From a virus: 64,000 nt of DNA. The notes beneath the pieces were generated by a model. It ran no database searches and had not been told where the DNA came from. It saw nothing but the letters and a program-made list of their open reading frames with translations. The stretch is from positions 4,792 through 68,791 of the IMG/VR virus record IMGVR_UViG_3300010373_000007. One strand, given 5' to 3'. Positions 18,516 through 28,056 of this stretch are shown here, in pieces (position 1 is the first letter of the stretch; each line of letters opens with the position of its first letter). The position numbers and the translations under genes were made by a program.

Positions 18516-18914
18516 TCAGGCCGCCTTCCCCTTCTGCTTGTCGTCGTCGATGGTGCGAGCGATCTCCAGGCCCTGCCCGGCCTTGATGTCGCGCCCAAAC
18601 CACTTCGAGGCGATGCGGTGGTTCTTCATGATCTGGAGCTGCTCGTCGGTGATGATCGTCTCGGTGGGGCCGCCCTTCTGGTAGCCCTTGTCGCCAGGCT
18701 CGCCGCGGGGCTGGAGGAACTTCGGGAACAGGATGGACTGCTTCTCCATCCGCTCCGTGTACTGGTCCCGAGATTCTCCGGGGCGCTGTTCAAGCATGCT
18801 GCGAATGCGCGCGGCATGCTCCTCCTCTTTCTCGCCCAACTTCTTTTCGAGGTTCGGAACGATGGGGAGGTGGAAGTCGTGCTCCGCGTAGTTGTGGATG
18901 ACGTGGGTCTTCAT
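18516..18914 (-). CDS. Hypothetical protein
   Basis: 132 aa, Lys/Glu-rich and protein-like. First gene after the capsid-gene hairpin. Confidence 0.6.
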   Translation of the reverse strand: MKTHVIHNYAEHDFHLPIVPNLEKKLGEKEEEHAARIRSMLEQRPGESRDQYTERMEKQSILFPKFLQPRGEPGDKGYQKGGPTETIITDEQLQIMKNHRIASKWFGRDIKAGQGLEIARTIDDDKQKGKAA

Positions 18915-18931
18915 GTCCTGGCTCCTTGGTC

Positions 18932-18956
18932 GGGGCCGGCATCCATCGCCGGCCCC
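18932..18956 (-). terminator. Perfect 9-bp GC hairpin after the major capsid gene
   Basis: GGGGCCGGC-atccatc-GCCGGCCCC in the 71-nt gap between the capsid stop (18986) and the next start (18914). No U-tract. Confidence 0.35.
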
Positions 18957-18985
18957 GCCATGGTGTCACAGGCGAGTCGCCGCGC

Positions 18986-20167
18986 CTAGTTGCCGTCCTG
19001 GTAATAGAACGACGGAGTGCGGCGGACGATGACGCCTGCGTAGCGGTACTGACCTGGGATCTTGACCTTCAGGTTCACCAGCTGGGGAGCCAGGAAGCGC
19101 AGCGGCATCGGGGTGTGCTGCACCAGATCCTGGTCCGTCTTCCGGTAGTAGACCGTGCGGCTGTTGTTCCCCGCGACGCCAGCTGAGGCCGCGTCGAAGC
19201 AGGGGCGGATGTCGACGTTGACGCCGAGTGCCTGCGCGAAGTTGTTCTTCTTGAGGAACTCCAGCAGCGAGATGAAGAAAGAGCCCGTGGTGCCGGCGGC
19301 GGGAGTCGACAGCGCGTAGTTCCAGGCGGCCGGAGGCAGGGCGACGGTGTCGGGGATCGTGGTGAACGAGCTGTTCGCGTACACCTGGTAGAGCCCGAAG
19401 TTGAAGTCGCCCAGCAGCTGGATCGGGGTGATGCCAGACGTCGCCGACCACGCCAGGCCCGAGGGGCTGGCCGCGTGCGTGACGTTGGCGTTGTTCAGGA
19501 ACCCGGTCAGGTTCCCGACGGTCTCCCCGAGCAGGCCGACCTCCGAGAGGTGCCGCTCGTACGCCTCGATCGCGGCCGCCATGCGGCGCTCCGAGATCGG
19601 CCGGCGCAGGAACGCTGCCTGAAGCAGCTCGATCGTCGTGTATTCGTAGCCGATGCCGCCCGTGTACACGTTCTGGGTGCCGTCGGCGTAGAAAGCGTCC
19701 GCCGTCGGGATGTCGTCCCCGGCGCTGTTGACGCGCTTCGCCTTGCCCACCCGGTCGTAGATCTCCCAGCGGATGACCTCGGCCGCCTCGCCCGCCGAGT
19801 ATTCCTGCGGGACGAAGTCCTTGTTCTGCATCGGCTGGTAGTAGCGCTCATACAGACCCGCCTCGGTGTAGGCCAGCTGCGAGATGAGGAACACCAGCGC
19901 CTCCTGCGCATCCTTCGCGCCGAAACGGTTGTTCCGGGTCATCTCCCGGCCCTTGCCCGCATTGATCCCGATGCCGTCCGAGATCGCCGACCACTCGTCA
20001 TGGATCTGGAGGTAGCGGTCGGGATCGATGTGGACATGCCCGCACTCGTAGCCGAGTCCGTTGCCGTTCGAGTCGCGACCGCGCCACTTGGCGCCGCAGC
20101 TTCCGATCTCTGCCTCGCGGGGGAGCCCGCTCACCGAGTCGGCGACCTGGATTTTCCGAGCGTTCAT
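18986..20167 (-). CDS. Major capsid protein (DUF2184-like)
   Basis: 393 aa. Follows the scaffold/protease and decoration-like genes. The central and C-terminal sequence resembles the DUF2184 capsid family. Confidence 0.75.
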   Translation of the reverse strand: MNARKIQVADSVSGLPREAEIGSCGAKWRGRDSNGNGLGYECGHVHIDPDRYLQIHDEWSAISDGIGINAGKGREMTRNNRFGAKDAQEALVFLISQLAYTEAGLYERYYQPMQNKDFVPQEYSAGEAAEVIRWEIYDRVGKAKRVNSAGDDIPTADAFYADGTQNVYTGGIGYEYTTIELLQAAFLRRPISERRMAAAIEAYERHLSEVGLLGETVGNLTGFLNNANVTHAASPSGLAWSATSGITPIQLLGDFNFGLYQVYANSSFTTIPDTVALPPAAWNYALSTPAAGTTGSFFISLLEFLKKNNFAQALGVNVDIRPCFDAASAGVAGNNSRTVYYRKTDQDLVQHTPMPLRFLAPQLVNLKVKIPGQYRYAGVIVRRTPSFYYQDGN

Positions 20168-20206
20168 CGTGTTCTCCTTGTTCGTGTCCGGGTTGGCGCC
20201 GCTCGA

Positions 20207-20749
20207 CTAGGTCGAGGTGGTCACGTCGCCGACGTACTTGATCCGCATCCGGCCAACGGTGCCGGTGGTGACGTTGTCGACCCAACCCGTGCCCGTAAGC
20301 GCGAGCCGCGTGGCCGAGGTGGCGCCGCCCTCGATGGAGCCGAGCGCGCCCGCGGATCCGTTGCCGGCGCCGCCCGACTGGAGGCCGTAGCACTGCTGCC
20401 GGGCCTTCACGGTCTCCGCCGCAAGGGCGAAGACCGTCCCGTCGATGCAGATCGGAACCGACTTGTACTGGGCGAAGTTGACGGTCGACAGGGTGTCGGC
20501 GTCGCTCGACGAGGTCATCGTCGGGAGGCGGACCGAGATCCCCGTGAACAGGTCCGTGCTCGCGTGCTGCGGGCGGCACTGCTCCGGGTCATCCCCGATG
20601 GCCCAGAAGACGGCCACGCCGAAGTCGATGGCGGTGGCGGACAGGTTGATGCGCGAGATGATCTGCGCGGTCTCCAGGTCAGCGACCTGGCCCGCGATCC
20701 CCGCGCTCAGGAGCGCGCCGCCGGTGGTGGAGAGAGTTGCCTGGGACAT
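20207..20749 (-). CDS. Head decoration/structural protein (DUF2190-like)
   Basis: Internal ATG 20749 (MSQATLSTTGGALLSAG...), 180 aa. Lies between the scaffold and capsid genes. Confidence 0.55.
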   Translation of the reverse strand: MSQATLSTTGGALLSAGIAGQVADLETAQIISRINLSATAIDFGVAVFWAIGDDPEQCRPQHASTDLFTGISVRLPTMTSSSDADTLSTVNFAQYKSVPICIDGTVFALAAETVKARQQCYGLQSGGAGNGSAGALGSIEGGATSATRLALTGTGWVDNVTTGTVGRMRIKYVGDVTTST

Positions 20750-20796
20750 GGTGTTCTCCTCGTTTCCTTCCTGGGTTCGTTTCCCGGCCGAGCCGG

Positions 20797-22215
20797 CTAG
20801 TTCTTGCCCTCGACCGGGCGGCCGACCGTCCGCGAGTCCTGCGCGTTGCGCTGGAGGAACAGATCGCGCCCGAAGGTGCCGCCGCCGTTGCCGCCGCCGC
20901 CCGCCGCCCCGATGGCGTCGCCGAGCAGGGCGCGCGAGATGCGCTTGTCGCCGCCGTCGTCGCCGGCCGATACCGTGCGCCCCCCCAGCTTGACGAGGGT
21001 CCGGAGGATCCGGGCCGCGTCCTTGGCGGAGAGCTTCTCGACCTTCACGCCGTCGAGCTGCTCGGTGACGATGTCGGCCAGCGCCTCGTCCTTTGCGGCG
21101 GCGCCGATGGCCGCCAGGCGGATGTCGTGGACCGACTTCCCCTTGGCGTCGAACTCGTCGCCCGCGAAGACCTTGGCGGCCTCCAGGACGGCGGCGCGCT
21201 CCTCGGCGAGCTTCTCGTGGGCCGAGGTGTCCTCGGCCTTGGCGCGCCACTTCTTGGCGGCGTCGAGGGCGCGGCGGAGCCGGTACTTCCAGGTCGGCTT
21301 GCCGTCCTTGGTGTAGCCGACCTTGTGGCCGTCCTTGGCCTTCTTGGCGCCGCCCTCCTCCTCCTCGGCGGCTTCCATCTCGGCGGTCTCGCCGTGCTCG
21401 GGGTCGGCCACGTCCTCCATGTCGTCGTCGTCCGCGGCCTCCTCCATGCCGGACTTGTACTCGTCGAACGACTTCTTGAGGGCGTCGTGGTCCTTCGCCA
21501 GCTTATCGTAGGCGTCTTTGGCCGCCTCGATCCCGTGCTTGTGCAGATCGAAGGCGTCCTGGACCTTGCGCGCGGTGGGGGCGTCGGCGATCTCGATCTC
21601 CTGGTCCATGCCGGAGACGGTGATCTTGCCGATGGCGGTGTCCGAAGCCTTGAGACGAATGAGCATGGTCTGTTCTCCCTTTCGGTCAGCGATCCGAACG
21701 CGCGAACCGGCGCGCCCGCGATCCACAATCGCGACGTGATTCCCCTCGATGTCCCGCTGGACGGCGTCGTACTGCTCGCCCGCGGGCGTGGTCCCGGACG
21801 TCATGTCCAGGTTGAACTCGTACCCGCAGGACAGCTCCGCCTTGCCGTCCTTCACCAGGTCGATCTGGTCCTGGTCCCGGACGATGATGACGGCCTCCGT
21901 GAACTCGCCCGCCATCGCGCAGTCGCGAACGTCCCCCTTCGCCAGGAGGTGCCAATTCACGGCATCCACGCCGTTCGGCGGGTGCTCGTTCGTCACCGTC
22001 ACCGACTCGAAGGTCTTGACGGCCTTGGCTACCTCCTCGGGCGGGCGCCAGAGCCGCATCGGCTTGTCCCCGCCGTCGAGCCCCAGTTCCCGGCACGAGT
22101 AGATCTGGATCCCGGTTCGGTTGATCTTGGCCGGCGCTCGCAGGAACCCCGTGCCAGGGAGGATCTCCCTGGACGCCGGAAGGTCGTAGAAGTCGCGAAC
22201 CTTGCACCGCTGCAT
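20797..22215 (-). CDS. Prohead protease/scaffold protein (DUF2213-like)
   Basis: ATG 22215 preceded by CCGGAGCAG; the track start 22257 is a GTG with no SD. N-terminal DUF2213-like region (RTGIQIYSCRELGL...) followed by a long acidic/Lys-rich coiled-coil scaffold-like tail. Confidence 0.7.
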   Translation of the reverse strand: MQRCKVRDFYDLPASREILPGTGFLRAPAKINRTGIQIYSCRELGLDGGDKPMRLWRPPEEVAKAVKTFESVTVTNEHPPNGVDAVNWHLLAKGDVRDCAMAGEFTEAVIIVRDQDQIDLVKDGKAELSCGYEFNLDMTSGTTPAGEQYDAVQRDIEGNHVAIVDRGRAGSRVRIADRKGEQTMLIRLKASDTAIGKITVSGMDQEIEIADAPTARKVQDAFDLHKHGIEAAKDAYDKLAKDHDALKKSFDEYKSGMEEAADDDDMEDVADPEHGETAEMEAAEEEEGGAKKAKDGHKVGYTKDGKPTWKYRLRRALDAAKKWRAKAEDTSAHEKLAEERAAVLEAAKVFAGDEFDAKGKSVHDIRLAAIGAAAKDEALADIVTEQLDGVKVEKLSAKDAARILRTLVKLGGRTVSAGDDGGDKRISRALLGDAIGAAGGGGNGGGTFGRDLFLQRNAQDSRTVGRPVEGKN

Positions 22216-22362
22216 CTGCTCCGGTCCCGACTGTGCGGGGATCTGAGATCCGCCCACAAGGCCGCGCCGCGCCGCGCGCGTCGATTCTCAGGAGGGTCCG
22301 CCGACCGTCAGCGGGCCGCCACGCGATTGTCTTCGGGTTCGGTCCCTGGTACCGTTTTCCCC

Positions 22363-22557
22363 ATGAGCGAGCCTGCCACCGCCAAGAAGGTCCCGAACCA
22401 CGTCATCCTCCGCATCGCCGGCGAGGTCCCGGCCGATCCAGCAACGGTCCGGAAGGTCCTCGCGGGCCAGCCGGTGCGCGGGTCAGTCTACTCGCGGATC
22501 TGCGCCGCGCTCACGAAGTCGGGGATCTCGTTCCCGGCTCCGGTCGAGGCCGAGTGA
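22363..22557 (+). CDS. Small HTH DNA-binding protein (stand-alone LacI-type HTH-like)
   Basis: 64 aa with high GC3. HVILRIAGEVPADPATVRKVLAGQPVRGSVYSRICAALTKSGISFP has the layout of a LacI-family N-terminal HTH. On the strand opposite to the head genes. Confidence 0.55.
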   Translation: MSEPATAKKVPNHVILRIAGEVPADPATVRKVLAGQPVRGSVYSRICAALTKSGISFPAPVEAE

Positions 22558-22880
22558 CCGACCAGGAGATCATCGCCCTCGCGAAGAAGGATCTCGCGGG
22601 GGCTGGCGAGGTCGCGGCATTGCTCTACATGGGCCCCGACGAGCAGCCTCCCATGGAACCGAAGTCCTGGGACGAGTGGCGACGCATGCCGCAGACCCGG
22701 CGTCTGCTGAGCTGGATCGTCGAACAGCTGGCCTCACGGCGCGTTGCGCGTGTCGGCGAAGATCAGAGCGACGCCGAACTTCTCAAGGCGCTCAGCCGGG
22801 CGCGCGTCCTGGAGTTCGGCGACCGCGTCGTAGAGGCGATCCTGACGAGCTACGGTCCCGCGAAGAAGGCTGGAGAATGA
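22554..22880 (+). CDS. Hypothetical protein (cassette gene 2)
   Basis: GTG 22554 in a GTGA overlap with gene 1. 108 aa with high GC3. Confidence 0.55.
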   Translation: MTDQEIIALAKKDLAGAGEVAALLYMGPDEQPPMEPKSWDEWRRMPQTRRLLSWIVEQLASRRVARVGEDQSDAELLKALSRARVLEFGDRVVEAILTSYGPAKKAGE

Positions 22881-22969
22881 GCGGGCGCGCCCTACTCGTT
22901 CTCGTCGTCGGCGAGATCGTCCTCATCGTCGCCGCCTGCGCCCTCGCCCGCGTCTTCCTCCGGGTCTAG
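22877..22969 (+). CDS. Possible 30-aa hydrophobic peptide (cassette gene 3)
   Basis: ATGA overlap and a GGAG 5 nt upstream. MSGRALLVLVVGEIVLIVAACALARVFLRV. Lies antisense to the acidic tail of the MuF-like gene, so it may be a shadow. Confidence 0.3.
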   Translation: MSGRALLVLVVGEIVLIVAACALARVFLRV

Positions 22970-23800
22970 GTCCAGGATCGGATCGGCCGCGCAGCGGCAG
23001 TTGATCCCGCAGTCGCCCGGCGGCCCGGTGTTACCGTCGGCGTCGGTGGGCGGGTCGTCCCAGTCGTGCACCGTGCCGTCCAGGTCCTGGTGGGCCTCCC
23101 GCACGCGGTCGTCTCCGACGGTCTGCCACTCGTAGCGCGTCACGCCCAGGCTCTGCTGCCGGGCCTGGTTGAAGCGCGAGTTCATCTTCATCGTCTGGTC
23201 GCGGGCGATCAGCTCGGCGCGGCTCTCGGTGACGTCGCCAAGGTGCTCCACCGCCGCGACCGCCTCGTGCCAGTCGCCGACGTTCTCCCAGTTGTCGCCC
23301 AGGACCGTCTCCAACTCGTCGAAGTAGTCATCCGAGATCGAGGTGATGAGCTGGATGTTGTCGGCGAGCGCGTCCCGCATCTCCGAATGGATCGCCGATT
23401 TGTCGAGCAGGAACGCGGTGCGAAGCTCGACCCCGAGGGACATCCGGATCCGCCCGGCCAGCTTGTTGTCGGTCTCCTGGGCCTGGGCGACGACCGTCCG
23501 GCTGGCGATGCGCGGGGCCTTCTCGTGCACCTCGGGCGTCACCTTCCCGCGCAGGCGTCCGACCTCGTGCCTGATGGACGGTGGGCGGGCGTCGTGGGCG
23601 GCGGGCCAGTGCGGGCGGAGGTTGCGGACGGCCTCCAGCCCCGCGGCGCGCAGGGGGCCGACGATCTCGTGGATGAGCGCCCCGGCGTAGCGGGTGGCGA
23701 TGGCGATGCTTGGGCGGATGGCCCCGAGGCGCCGCGCGCGCCGGACGCGGAGGCGCTCCCCGTGCGGGTGCTGGGCGACGAAGTGCCCGAGATGGATCAC
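22892..23800 (-). CDS. Head morphogenesis protein (Mu gpF / SPP1 gp7-like)
   Basis: GTG 23800 in a GTGA overlap, 302 aa. ...YEWQTVGDDRVREAHQDLDGTVHDWDDPP...GINCRC is the MuF motif. Acidic C-terminal tail. Confidence 0.8.
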   Translation of the reverse strand: MIHLGHFVAQHPHGERLRVRRARRLGAIRPSIAIATRYAGALIHEIVGPLRAAGLEAVRNLRPHWPAAHDARPPSIRHEVGRLRGKVTPEVHEKAPRIASRTVVAQAQETDNKLAGRIRMSLGVELRTAFLLDKSAIHSEMRDALADNIQLITSISDDYFDELETVLGDNWENVGDWHEAVAAVEHLGDVTESRAELIARDQTMKMNSRFNQARQQSLGVTRYEWQTVGDDRVREAHQDLDGTVHDWDDPPTDADGNTGPPGDCGINCRCAADPILDLDPEEDAGEGAGGDDEDDLADDENE

Positions 23801-24162
23801 GTCTCGCGCGCGGCCTGGTAGGCGATCCCGCGGAGGAGGGCGCCGTAGATCTCCGCCTTGATCTGCCCGACCGCCTTGTCCTTGGCGATGGCGTTCATCG
23901 TCTCCGGGCGCGCGCCGCGCATGTTCCGGTACTTCACCAGGGCGACCTCCTCGGCCTCCATGGCGGTCACGAGGCCCTCGGCCAGCGTCCCGATGAACCG
24001 CCGCATCGCCGGCAGCTTGACGAGCGCCTTCCACTCGGCCGGGGTGACGCTGTCGAACTCGTCCACCGGCATCGCGTCCAGGCCGAGTTCCTTGGCCACC
24101 GCCAGCGCCTTCCGGGTGACGTCCCGGTCGCGGGTCTCATCGCGCAGGATCTTGACGGCCAT
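23797..24162 (-). CDS. Hypothetical protein
   Basis: 121 aa, coupled to the portal stop by a TGATG overlap. Confidence 0.55.
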   Translation of the reverse strand: MAVKILRDETRDRDVTRKALAVAKELGLDAMPVDEFDSVTPAEWKALVKLPAMRRFIGTLAEGLVTAMEAEEVALVKYRNMRGARPETMNAIAKDKAVGQIKAEIYGALLRGIAYQAARET

Positions 24163-25955
24163 CAGGTCACCCCCTTCGCGGCCTTGGCCGCTTCGATCTG
24201 GCGGAGGCGCTCGTTCGCCTCGGCGCGGCTGGAATAGGTCCCCATCTTACGGCCGCTCTCGGCGTAGACGACGAACTTCCCGCCCTCCTTGCGGACGTAG
24301 TCCTTCCCCGTGGCGTCGCTGGCGTGGCCGCCGACCGGGCCGCCGGCGGCGGGTTCGACCGGCGCGCCGGCGGTGGGAGCCTTCTTCTCGGCGGGCTGGC
24401 CGGGCTTGCCGACGGGTTGCTGCGCGATCGCCATGGCGGCCATGCGCTCGATGAGCTGGACGTCCTTCTCGGACATCGACTTGTAGACGCCGTTCGCCCG
24501 AAGCTCCTCGGCGATGATGTGCTCCAAGACGGCGCCCTGGACGAGGTAGATCTGGTCCCGCTCGGCGTTGAGCTTCTGGATCTCGGCGCGCTCCTTGTCG
24601 GTGACCTGCCAGAGGGGCGGGAAGTCCAGCTCGTACCCGGTCGGCATCGACCCGGAGAGGTGCCGAAGCAAGACCTCGTCGAGGGTCTCGATCGGATGGC
24701 GCATGGTGCGCTCGCGGTCCGAGTCGAGGCGGTCGTAGTAGTTGCGGATGTCAGACTCACCGGTGGCGGTGAGGCCAGCGGGGCTCTGCCCGAACAGGCG
24801 GGTCATGGGGACGTCGGCGGCGCCGCAGACGTTGATCATGAACTTCTCGGCGACGTCCTTGAGGCCGGCGAAGGTGGTGGTCTTCTGCTGCCAGGTCTCG
24901 TGCGCCTGGTCCTTGGGGCCGTTCGCCTTCCCGCCGTCGAGCACCATCATGTGGTTGATCGACTTGAGGACTCCGAGCGCGGCGTAGCGATCGACGACCT
25001 GCTGGGACAGGGTGCCGCCAGGAGTGAGCGCCTGGGCGAGGCCGGGGCTGGTGATGATGTCGACCGACGCCTCGTAGACCAGGGAGGCGATCCCGGCCAT
25101 CGTCGCATCGTAGTCGCGGATCACCTCGGCGACGTGCTGGAGGACGGAGTCGTCCCAGAAGGCGTTCTGGATCCAGAGGAACCAGGGGAGCGGCTCGCCC
25201 TCGAACTTGAGGACGCGCGTCCAGTGGACGAGGTACTGGCTCGTGGTGGCGCCGGCCGATCCCGAGACCGTGTAGTACTTCGGCCTGCCGTAGTTCGTGG
25301 TGCGCCGGTCCTCGTCCAGCTCACCGGTTGCGGCGAGGCGCCAGCGGTCGAGGACGTGCAGGTTGCGGAGCTGCCCCTTCTGGATCGTCGCGATGTCGAG
25401 CGGTTGGCTCCAGTCCTCCTGGCCCTTGATGTCGAGGACGATCCCCGCGCCGCCGTAGAGCCGTCCCCAGGTCAGGGCGTCGAGCACCTTCCCGCGGACG
25501 TTGAATTTCTTCTCGGCGACCTTGAGCTGCGCCAGGAGCTGGTTGCCGGGCTCGTCCCAGCCGTCCCACTTCCGCTCGACCCAGGCGCGGGTCATGTCGT
25601 CGGCGGGCGTGCGGACGATCCGCTTGGCCAGCCAGGACGATCGAAACATGTTCTCCAGCTCGACCCGGGTGAGGGTCAGCGGGAAGGCGTAGAACGAGTG
25701 GGAGCGCTTGTCCTGGCGCGTCCCCAGGGCCGCCACGAAGTTCTTCAGGCTATCGCCCTGGTAGGGGACCGAGGAGCGCCGCGCCTCGGCGTCGTTCGCA
25801 ATCAGGGCCCGCCGCGCGCGCGCCAGGGTCTCCGGGGGCAGGTACTGCGCCGCCTGGGCGCGGGCGGCCGCCTGGAAGCGCGGCGAGGCGGCGTCCCCGA
25901 TCGGCGTCCTCCGGACCATCGCGCGGGAGACCCGGGACGCTGCCTGCTTCGCCAT
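24162..25955 (-). CDS. Portal protein (DUF1073-like)
   Basis: Start MAKQAASR at 25955, 597 aa. Size, position after terminase and family-like core (...SWLAKRIVRTPADDMTRAWV...). Confidence 0.8.
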   Translation of the reverse strand: MAKQAASRVSRAMVRRTPIGDAASPRFQAAARAQAAQYLPPETLARARRALIANDAEARRSSVPYQGDSLKNFVAALGTRQDKRSHSFYAFPLTLTRVELENMFRSSWLAKRIVRTPADDMTRAWVERKWDGWDEPGNQLLAQLKVAEKKFNVRGKVLDALTWGRLYGGAGIVLDIKGQEDWSQPLDIATIQKGQLRNLHVLDRWRLAATGELDEDRRTTNYGRPKYYTVSGSAGATTSQYLVHWTRVLKFEGEPLPWFLWIQNAFWDDSVLQHVAEVIRDYDATMAGIASLVYEASVDIITSPGLAQALTPGGTLSQQVVDRYAALGVLKSINHMMVLDGGKANGPKDQAHETWQQKTTTFAGLKDVAEKFMINVCGAADVPMTRLFGQSPAGLTATGESDIRNYYDRLDSDRERTMRHPIETLDEVLLRHLSGSMPTGYELDFPPLWQVTDKERAEIQKLNAERDQIYLVQGAVLEHIIAEELRANGVYKSMSEKDVQLIERMAAMAIAQQPVGKPGQPAEKKAPTAGAPVEPAAGGPVGGHASDATGKDYVRKEGGKFVVYAESGRKMGTYSSRAEANERLRQIEAAKAAKGVT

Positions 25956-26000
25956 GGCCCCGATGGTAGACGGGGCGCGGGGCGCGCACAAGGCGGACGG

Positions 26001-26306
26001 CTACTTGGCGGCGGCGGCGATGACCATCTCCCCGACGTCTGCCTGAAGACGCCGGAGTTTCATGCGGTCGCGCCATGCTTCGCTTTTGCCTAGCCGATCC
26101 ACAGAACCATCAATCACCCCTATCCCGCCGAGCGCAGACAGCACGGCGTCGCCGACGGTCCGGAAGCGAACGAAGCGCTTTGTCTGCGCTGCGGTCATCC
26201 GGGTAGCCGGACATTCGGCATCGCCACATTTCGTCCATCCGCGCAGGAGAAGCTCCTCGCCGCACCCTGGGCAATCGGGCAGATGCCTTCGCATCCGCTC
26301 AGCCAT
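26001..26306 (-). CDS. Small zinc-ribbon protein
   Basis: 101 aa, CPGCGEE...CGDAEC. Confidence 0.5.
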   Translation of the reverse strand: MAERMRRHLPDCPGCGEELLLRGWTKCGDAECPATRMTAAQTKRFVRFRTVGDAVLSALGGIGVIDGSVDRLGKSEAWRDRMKLRRLQADVGEMVIAAAAK

Positions 26307-26637
26307 GGCGAGCCTCGTCCAGATGGGAGATCAGTTCTTGCGCAGCTTCCGCGACCCCGCGAGGTGCTGCGGCTCCGATGTATTCACCGGGGAGCACCTC
26401 GGCGGCCACGTGTCGCAGCAGCGCCTCCATCTCGGGAGCGGCGGCGATGAGGGTCCGCGTCCCCGCCGACGGAACGTCCACCGGCTCCCCGGTCTTTGCG
26501 CTCCGCATCTTCATCGCGGAGACGAATGCCAGGTAGGTGTACTCGATGTCGACTAGCGTCCAGTTGCCACCGGCGTCCCGCTGCCAGATCCAGGCGTGGG
26601 CTTGCCGCGCTTCGGTTGTCGGTTTGTCAGCGCTCAC
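26299..26637 (-). CDS. Hypothetical protein
   Basis: 112 aa, GTG start, protein-like composition. Confidence 0.5.
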   Translation of the reverse strand: MSADKPTTEARQAHAWIWQRDAGGNWTLVDIEYTYLAFVSAMKMRSAKTGEPVDVPSAGTRTLIAAAPEMEALLRHVAAEVLPGEYIGAAAPRGVAEAAQELISHLDEARHG

Positions 26638-26648
26638 GGGATGACCCT

Positions 26649-26658
26649 AGATTACGCC
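26649..26658 (-). promoter_or_regulatory. GGCGTAATCT box
   Basis: In the 23-nt gap after the terL stop, 14 nt before GTG 26637. Confidence 0.4.
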
Positions 26659-26660
26659 GC

Positions 26661-28055
26661 TCAGGCGACGTCGAAGATCGAGATCTCCGGCCCGTTGTTC
26701 CACAGGTGGGCCAGCGCGTCGACCTGATCCGAGAATGGGTCGTTGACGCCGGTCCAGGTCTCCAGCTCGTAGAGGAACGGCTCCAGCCAGGGGGGGTTGC
26801 CGAGCGGCACGAGCACGCGCCCCTGGTTCCAGGCGGCGGCGACGCCCTGCGCGCGCTGGAACTTGTCGCCCTTGGCGGGGCTGGCGACGATCCGGGCGTG
26901 GGGGTCGACCCGCCAGATGGTGTCCATGACCGCGCGCCCCGGGCCCGGCCCCTCCACCGCCGCCATCGCGCCGTCGTTGCGCTCCTGGAAGCCGCGGAGG
27001 TCGTCGCAGAACTGCGGGACGGTGACCTGCTCGTGGTAGACGTCCGTCAGGTAGAGGATCCGCTCGTCCTCGATGACGCCACGGAAGCGCCCCGAGACCG
27101 CGGCCGAGTAGCACGCCGTCTCCGAGTCGCTGGCCGCCGGGTCCGCGCCGATCCCAATCTGGCAGTCGTTGAAGTTGACCGTCTTGGGGTCGTAGTAGTG
27201 CGGCGCTCCGAACAACCGCGTCCCCTTAACGCGCGGCTCACCCTGGAAGAGGGCGGAGAAGTTGAACTCGCCGATCGTGCGCTGCTTCTTCTTGAGCCAC
27301 TCGGCGGGGTACATCTCCGGCCAGAGCGCGTTCCCATCCGCGTCGAGCGCGGGCAGGTTGATGAACTGCCAGCCCGAGATGTCCCCCTTCTTCTGCATCC
27401 GCTTCAGGCGCCCGATCGCGTCGTCGGGGTGCCAGCGGGTCTGGATCAGGAAGATCGGCGCGCCGCCCTCAAGGCGGGTCAGCGCGACGGCCTGGATGGC
27501 GTCGAACACCTTCTCCCGGTAGGCGCGGCTGTTGGCGTCCTCGGGCCCGGCGTAGGGGTCGTCGATCACCAGTGGGCCCTGGATGCGCTTGCCGGTCAGC
27601 GACTCCATGCCGCCGGCGACGAGGCCGCCGTTCTGGGTGGTGCGCCACTCCCGCTTGGCGTTCGACTCCTCCGATAGCTCGACGCCCGCCATCTCGGTCA
27701 GGATGCGGGTCTGGGCGCTCTTTCCGAGGGCCTGGTCGGCGTTGTAGCTGTTGTACGCGCACAGATCGCCGGGGAACTTCGAGAGCCACCAGGCGATGGC
27801 GTGCATGACGAGGTAGCTCTTGGCGTGCCCGGGGGGCATCGAGACCCCGACCATCACGTCGCGCTCGACCCGCGCGCGCTCGAAGGCGTTGATCAGCGGC
27901 CGGAGGTGGGGCGGCGGCGGCCGGTGCGGCGCCATCCGCGTCATGAACTCCGCCAGCCCCTCCCCGCCGGCGATCGCCTCCACGTCCCCCGAGAACGCAT
28001 CCCGCTCGTCCTCGGTCATCGCCTCCCAGACCTCTGGGGTCAGGCCATCGAGCAC
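26661..28055 (-). CDS. terL: Terminase large subunit
   Basis: 464 aa. Walker A-like MPPGHAKS, Walker B-like LVIDDPY, and a C-terminal nuclease-like region (IGADPA...DQVDAL). Confidence 0.9.
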   Translation of the reverse strand: MLDGLTPEVWEAMTEDERDAFSGDVEAIAGGEGLAEFMTRMAPHRPPPPHLRPLINAFERARVERDVMVGVSMPPGHAKSYLVMHAIAWWLSKFPGDLCAYNSYNADQALGKSAQTRILTEMAGVELSEESNAKREWRTTQNGGLVAGGMESLTGKRIQGPLVIDDPYAGPEDANSRAYREKVFDAIQAVALTRLEGGAPIFLIQTRWHPDDAIGRLKRMQKKGDISGWQFINLPALDADGNALWPEMYPAEWLKKKQRTIGEFNFSALFQGEPRVKGTRLFGAPHYYDPKTVNFNDCQIGIGADPAASDSETACYSAAVSGRFRGVIEDERILYLTDVYHEQVTVPQFCDDLRGFQERNDGAMAAVEGPGPGRAVMDTIWRVDPHARIVASPAKGDKFQRAQGVAAAWNQGRVLVPLGNPPWLEPFLYELETWTGVNDPFSDQVDALAHLWNNGPEISIFDVA

Positions 28056-28056
28056 G

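Noticed and set aside
18986-20167. Possible N-terminal extension of about 85 aa (with CGAKW...ECGHVH) on the major capsid protein, as a distinct domain
   Set aside because: I cannot establish the normal N-terminus of the family without an alignment. It may simply be a scaffold-like delta domain or a mis-set start.
20737-22362. Upstream 540 codons of plus-strand ORF 20737..22557
   Set aside because: Antisense shadow over the scaffold/protease gene, with Leu/Gly/Arg/Val-rich composition. Only the last 64 codons, from ATG 22363 in the intergenic gap, look genuine.
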